Shown here in pieces: positions 60,100 to 64,000 of a DNA stretch of 64,000 bases. The position numbers and the translations under genes are program-made. The DNA is from an uncultured Olsenella sp. GTDB taxonomy: Bacteria > Actinomycetota > Coriobacteriia > Coriobacteriales > Atopobiaceae. The notes below the pieces were generated by a model, which was not told where the DNA came from, made no database searches, and worked only from the letters and a program-made list of their open reading frames with translations. Where the stretch lies: NCBI GenBank assembly GCA_949291295.1, contig CASEVE010000006.1, positions 1,385 through 65,384 of the forward strand, written 5' to 3'. Numbering within the stretch: the first letter of the stretch is position 1; each line of letters begins with the position of its first letter.

Positions 60100-60408
60100 T
60101 TACGCGGGAAGCTCGACGACCTTGATCTTCGTCAGGTTCTGACGGTGGCCGTTGGCGCGGTGGTAGCGCTTGCGCTTCTTGAGCTTGAAGACGAGGACCT
60201 TCTCGCCCTTGAACTGCTCGACGACCTCGGCGGTGACCTTCTTGTCCTGGAGCGGGGCAGAGCCAACGATGGTCTTGTCGCCGTCGTTCAGGAGAAGGAC
60301 GGGGAGCTCGACCTTGTCGCCAGGCTGCGCGTCGAGCTTCTCGACGTCGATGACGTCGCCCTTGGCAACCTTATACTGCTTGCCACCAGTTGCTACGATT
60401 GCGTACAT
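60100..60408 (-). CDS. rplU: 50S ribosomal protein L21
   Basis: MYAIVATGGKQYKV, GHRQNLT. Confidence 0.99.
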   Translation of the reverse strand: MYAIVATGGKQYKVAKGDVIDVEKLDAQPGDKVELPVLLLNDGDKTIVGSAPLQDKKVTAEVVEQFKGEKVLVFKLKKRKRYHRANGHRQNLTKIKVVELPA

Positions 60409-60449
60409 GTGCGAAACCCTTCATTGCTGGCTGAATGCAACAGTTGCTT

Positions 60450-60478
60450 ATATTACTAGCACCATCATGACTCGTCAA
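60450..60478 (-). promoter_or_regulatory. Sigma-A promoter for rplU-rpmA
   Basis: TTGACG-17 nt-TAATAT. Confidence 0.75.
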
Positions 60479-60556
60479 CGAAAGAGTTGCCGTGACCTGC
60501 GAGGCCGTAAGGGAAAAGACGGCATCGCAAGACGCGTCACGAGAATGCGACCTTGC

Positions 60557-61333
60557 TCAGGATACTGATGTCTCCCCCGTCTTGCCAAACGGTCCAAAAG
60601 GTTCCACAAGACGACCATCTTCCTCGTGCCGCTGGGCGCAGCGACGGATGCGCGTCGCGGCCGGCAACTCACACCCGATCTCTCCGAGCGCCGCAGAAAG
60701 AAGGACCTGCGGACGAAGCGCTCCCGCGTTTGAGGAGCGTGTCTCCAGGTTGACGTGAAGCCCGCCCTCTTCCTCCTCGACGGCAAGAGAGACCAGCGTC
60801 GATGTCACATCGACACGCTTCTCTTTCTCGCCGCGCAGGTACGTGAGAGTGCCGCGGCCCCTCACGAGCTCCACGGCATCAAGAAGCTCCGCGGCGGTGG
60901 CCCCGCAGCCTACAAGCTCTATCTCCCAGCTCGCACGGTCAAGCCACGCCTCAAGCGCAGGAAGGCGTCCGGGGACGTAGGTCGCACGAAACGGCTCCAG
61001 GGCGCGAGGAGTTGCCCCGCGCAGCGCACCGAGGGCCTCATCGGGGTCAACGCTCTCATCGAGCCTTAGGTCAAAGTACTCGCAGGCAGAACTTGCCCCA
61101 ACCGGAAGCGCGCTAGAGAACTGGATGCGCATCCGACGCGCAAAGCCGTTTCCAATGGAGAAGGGAAGGCCCGCGCGGCGCACGCAGCGCTCAATCGTGG
61201 CAATGAGGTCAAGGTGACCAAGATACGCAAGGCGGCTGTCCTTGCGATAGGCAACGCGGAGGCGGGCAAGGTCTGCCTTTACGGGCAGATCCTGCGGGCG
61301 CGCCTTCACAGGCTGCACCTGGGTGCGACTCAC
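60557..61333 (-). CDS. Radical SAM-associated protein (TIGR03936/DUF2344 family)
   Basis: YRKDSRLAYLGHLDL, RRAGLPF, FSSALPVGASSACEYFD; GTG start overlapping upstream stop. Confidence 0.88.
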   Translation of the reverse strand: MSRTQVQPVKARPQDLPVKADLARLRVAYRKDSRLAYLGHLDLIATIERCVRRAGLPFSIGNGFARRMRIQFSSALPVGASSACEYFDLRLDESVDPDEALGALRGATPRALEPFRATYVPGRLPALEAWLDRASWEIELVGCGATAAELLDAVELVRGRGTLTYLRGEKEKRVDVTSTLVSLAVEEEEGGLHVNLETRSSNAGALRPQVLLSAALGEIGCELPAATRIRRCAQRHEEDGRLVEPFGPFGKTGETSVS

Positions 61334-63207
61334 GATCTCACCCCCTGAATGACGTTGTGTACTCCAAGCGTGGGGCAGACCCCGCAGCCGGTACAGCTCG
61401 TGCGCGTGCAGTCCGGTGTGGTGACCTCGTCGAGCGCACGCAGCCACTCTCGCTGGAGGTAGCCCTTGTCAACGCCCGGGGAGGTGTGGTCCCAGGGTAG
61501 GCGCGCCGCAAGGGGAAAGCTCTCGCAGGCAACGTCAACGAGGTCAAGGCCAAGCTCGGCCGCCGCACGCTGCCAGAGGTCAAAGCGAAACTCGCTCGTC
61601 CACGCATCAAAGGAGCAGCCCAGCTCCCACGCGCGTTGCACAAGATCAAACCCGGGGCGCCCCATCTTCGAGAGAGCGCCCTCGACGAGCGAGACGTCGG
61701 CGTCGTGGTACGAGATGCGGATGGCGCGGTCTCGAATCTCGTGGAGCAGAAGCTGTTGCCTGCGGCGCACCTCCTCGGGGTCGAGCTGGCCCACCCATTG
61801 GAAGGGGGTGTGGGCCTTGGGAACGAGAACCGCAACGGAGATGGAGACGGAGACACCGCTCTTGACGCCTTTGCCCACCACCTCGCGGCCTATCTCGAGG
61901 GCGCGCTCCGCCATGCGGGCGATGCCAATGACGTCCTCGTCGGTCTCGGTGGGAAGCCCCATCATGAAGTAGAGCTTCATCCTTCTCCAGCCGGCCTCGA
62001 AGGCATTTCGGGCAGCCCGCTCAAAGTCCTCCTCGGACACGTTCTTGTTGATGACGTCTCTCAGGCGCTGGCTTCCCGCCTCGGGGGCAAACGTGAGCCC
62101 CCCGCGCTTTCCGCCGGCAACGGCGGCGGCCATCTCAACGCCGAAGGAGTCGAGCCGCTGCGAGGGAATGGAGACGCGAATCCCCCTCCCCTCGAGCTCC
62201 GCATTCATGTCCCGGAGAATCTCGGCGCACTGGGAGTGGTCCGTGGTGGAGAGCGAGGTGAGCGAGATCTCGTTGTGACCGCTCGTGAGAAGACCCTCGA
62301 CGCCGCAGGAGACCACCTGCTCCGCTGGCCTCTCGCGCACAGGTCGGTACGTCATGCCCGCCTGGCAGAAGCGACAGCCGCGCGCGCACCCTCTCAGGAC
62401 CTCGAGCGAAAAGCGGTCCTGAACGATGCCCATGTAGGGAACGATGCGCTGCGCCACCGCCGGCGTGGAGGCAAAGTCGTTGACGCAGCGCTTGAACACG
62501 ATCTGGGGAGTGTCCTCGCAGCTTCGGGCGACAGCGTAGCCCCAGCGCGTCGAGGAGTCGTCAACCACCACGTCGTAGAGCGAGGGGACGTAGGTCCCGG
62601 GGACACGCGCCAGCCTGCGCAAAATCTCGCGGCGCGGCGCGCCCTCCTCGCGCGCGTCCCTGATGCAGGCGCAGACCTCGACGATCGACTGCTCGCCGTC
62701 GCCGAGAAGAACGGCGTCAAAGACGGGGGCCAGAGGCTCGCAGTTCCACGCCGAGGGACCGCCGGCCAAGATGATGGGATCATCCTCGTCGCGCTCAGCG
62801 GACGTAAGCGCAATGCCGGCAAGGTCGAGCGTTTCCAGAACGTTGGTCGCGATGAACTCGTGGGCGAGCGTAAAGCCGATGGCGTCAAACGAGGCGAGCG
62901 GAGCCGCGCCCTCAAGCGAGAGCAGCGGCACCCCTCTCTCACGCATGAGGGCCGCCATGTCCTTCCAGGGAAGGTAGCAGCGCTCGCAGCTCATGCCCTC
63001 CTCTGCGTTCACGTTGTTGTAGAGAATCGAGACGCCGAGGTTGGGCTGACCGACCTCATAGACGTCCGCGTATACCATGCAGAGGTGGAAGGGGCCGTCC
63101 TGCTCGTGTATGGCTCCCCACTCGTGGTCAAGGTAGCGCGCGGGATGCTCAACTTCAGAGAGCAGCGGCTCCAGAAGATGAAAGAGGTTCTTTCGAGCGA
63201 CTCTCAT
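61330..63207 (-). CDS. B12-binding radical SAM protein (TIGR03960 family)
   Basis: VEHPARY, YEVGQPNLG, AGGP, EVLRGCARGCRFCQAG (CX3CX2C), FAPEAG, LYFMMGLPTET, PKAHTPFQW, LPWDH. Confidence 0.92.
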   Translation of the reverse strand: MRVARKNLFHLLEPLLSEVEHPARYLDHEWGAIHEQDGPFHLCMVYADVYEVGQPNLGVSILYNNVNAEEGMSCERCYLPWKDMAALMRERGVPLLSLEGAAPLASFDAIGFTLAHEFIATNVLETLDLAGIALTSAERDEDDPIILAGGPSAWNCEPLAPVFDAVLLGDGEQSIVEVCACIRDAREEGAPRREILRRLARVPGTYVPSLYDVVVDDSSTRWGYAVARSCEDTPQIVFKRCVNDFASTPAVAQRIVPYMGIVQDRFSLEVLRGCARGCRFCQAGMTYRPVRERPAEQVVSCGVEGLLTSGHNEISLTSLSTTDHSQCAEILRDMNAELEGRGIRVSIPSQRLDSFGVEMAAAVAGGKRGGLTFAPEAGSQRLRDVINKNVSEEDFERAARNAFEAGWRRMKLYFMMGLPTETDEDVIGIARMAERALEIGREVVGKGVKSGVSVSISVAVLVPKAHTPFQWVGQLDPEEVRRRQQLLLHEIRDRAIRISYHDADVSLVEGALSKMGRPGFDLVQRAWELGCSFDAWTSEFRFDLWQRAAAELGLDLVDVACESFPLAARLPWDHTSPGVDKGYLQREWLRALDEVTTPDCTRTSCTGCGVCPTLGVHNVIQGVRS

Positions 63208-64000
63208 GCGCCCTCCCCGGAAATGACAACATAGCCCTCGTCCCCCTCGGGCTCGTTTCGCTTTGGAAGAGAGCGCCCCGCAGGTCCAGCGGAAACCACC
63301 TCGTCCGGAAAACCCTCCTCGGAGAGGAGCTCCGCCTCAAATCTCAGGCGAAGAGCGCTGCCCAGGGCAATCGTGCCACCATAGCCAACCCCTGCCTTGA
63401 GCGCAAAGCCGAGCCCCGGAACGAGCCCGACGAGCGAGCGCGCGAGCGAGCGCCAGACAAACCCCGCGCCAAGAACGCCCGCAAGCTCCGCGGCACGCGC
63501 GGGCTCAAGTCCTCGCCCATATGCGGCAGCGATGTCAAGAGCCAGCATGGCCTGGTTGGCGCACATGATCGGGAGGTCGGACCCGGGGATGAGCGAGATG
63601 GCACCAACGGCGGCGTTCTCAACAGCGCAGCGTCGGACGAGCTCATCCACAACGGCAGCACGGCAGAACGGGAAGTTGGCAGCAAGCGCGATGCCCTTGT
63701 CAACAGATCCGGCAAGCCAGGAGGCGAGCTTGTCGGGAAGGCCGTCGGCGCTTGAGGAGGCTATCACACCCACGAGGGAAAGGGCCTGCTCGGGAAGGTC
63801 GATTCCGGGCACGTCGAGCGCCCCCTCCACGATGAGGGCAACAGGCACCCCAGAGCGGACATAGCGCGAGACGACCTCGCTGGGATCATCGTCTCCCACG
63901 AGCACGAGGGCTGCGTCGGGAGACTCGGCGCCAGCGATAGGGGCAGCATCGAGTGCGCAAACCTCGACGGTCCCCCCGCTCCTCTCGGCGCTCAGCACAC
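63204..64000 (-). CDS. Hypothetical protein with DUF697-like C-terminal region; 5' end beyond window
   Basis: Open to window edge; AANFPFCR, LIPGSDLPIMCANQ, DIAAAYG, VPGLGFALKAGVGY. Confidence 0.7.
   Translation of the reverse strand, partial: VLSAERSGGTVEVCALDAAPIAGAESPDAALVLVGDDDPSEVVSRYVRSGVPVALIVEGALDVPGIDLPEQALSLVGVIASSSADGLPDKLASWLAGSVDKGIALAANFPFCRAAVVDELVRRCAVENAAVGAISLIPGSDLPIMCANQAMLALDIAAAYGRGLEPARAAELAGVLGAGFVWRSLARSLVGLVPGLGFALKAGVGYGGTIALGSALRLRFEAELLSEEGFPDEVVSAGPAGRSLPKRNEPEGDEGYVVISGEGA

Overview
Mostly core chromosome of a high-GC Gram-positive anaerobe. It is most likely a Coriobacteriia member (Atopobiaceae/Olsenella-like), inferred from the two-subunit glyQS, trmFO, the Firmicutes-type RNase HII N-terminus, actinobacterial gene order around rpsP/rpsB, and a DUF6273 protein. 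About 60 CDSs are present, nearly all on the minus strand. They include translation genes (rpsB, tsf, frr, rplS, rpsP, rplU, rpmA, proS, glyQS, trmD, rimM, trmFO, der, obgE), MEP/lipid genes (dxr, ispG, ispH, uppS, cdsA, plsY, plsC), scpAB, a yraN-comM-dprA-trmFO-xerC block, ppdK, dgt, proBA, nadD, a two-component system, dinB and two radical-SAM loci. There are four tRNA genes. The only large accessory gene is a ~1860-aa sortase-anchored GH29 alpha-L-fucosidase, bracketed by two identical, oppositely oriented tRNA-Ala(GGC) genes. No CRISPR array, IS transposase or prophage was seen. The strongest unexplained signals are non-coding: (1) two ~100-nt hairpins between ispG and proS that share a conserved core while their stems differ in sequence yet still pair; (2) a 147-bp element with 47-bp inverted arms between the ppdK terminator and the dgt ribosome-binding site; (3) a GCCGGCACT palindrome cluster behind a tRNA; (4) a CiaR-like direct-repeat promoter in front of the two-component system. 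Protein oddities include RseP with a winged-helix-like insertion and a half-length PPDK regulatory protein. Start codons were adjusted by eye from the ORF track. All family calls come from motif recognition, not database searches.
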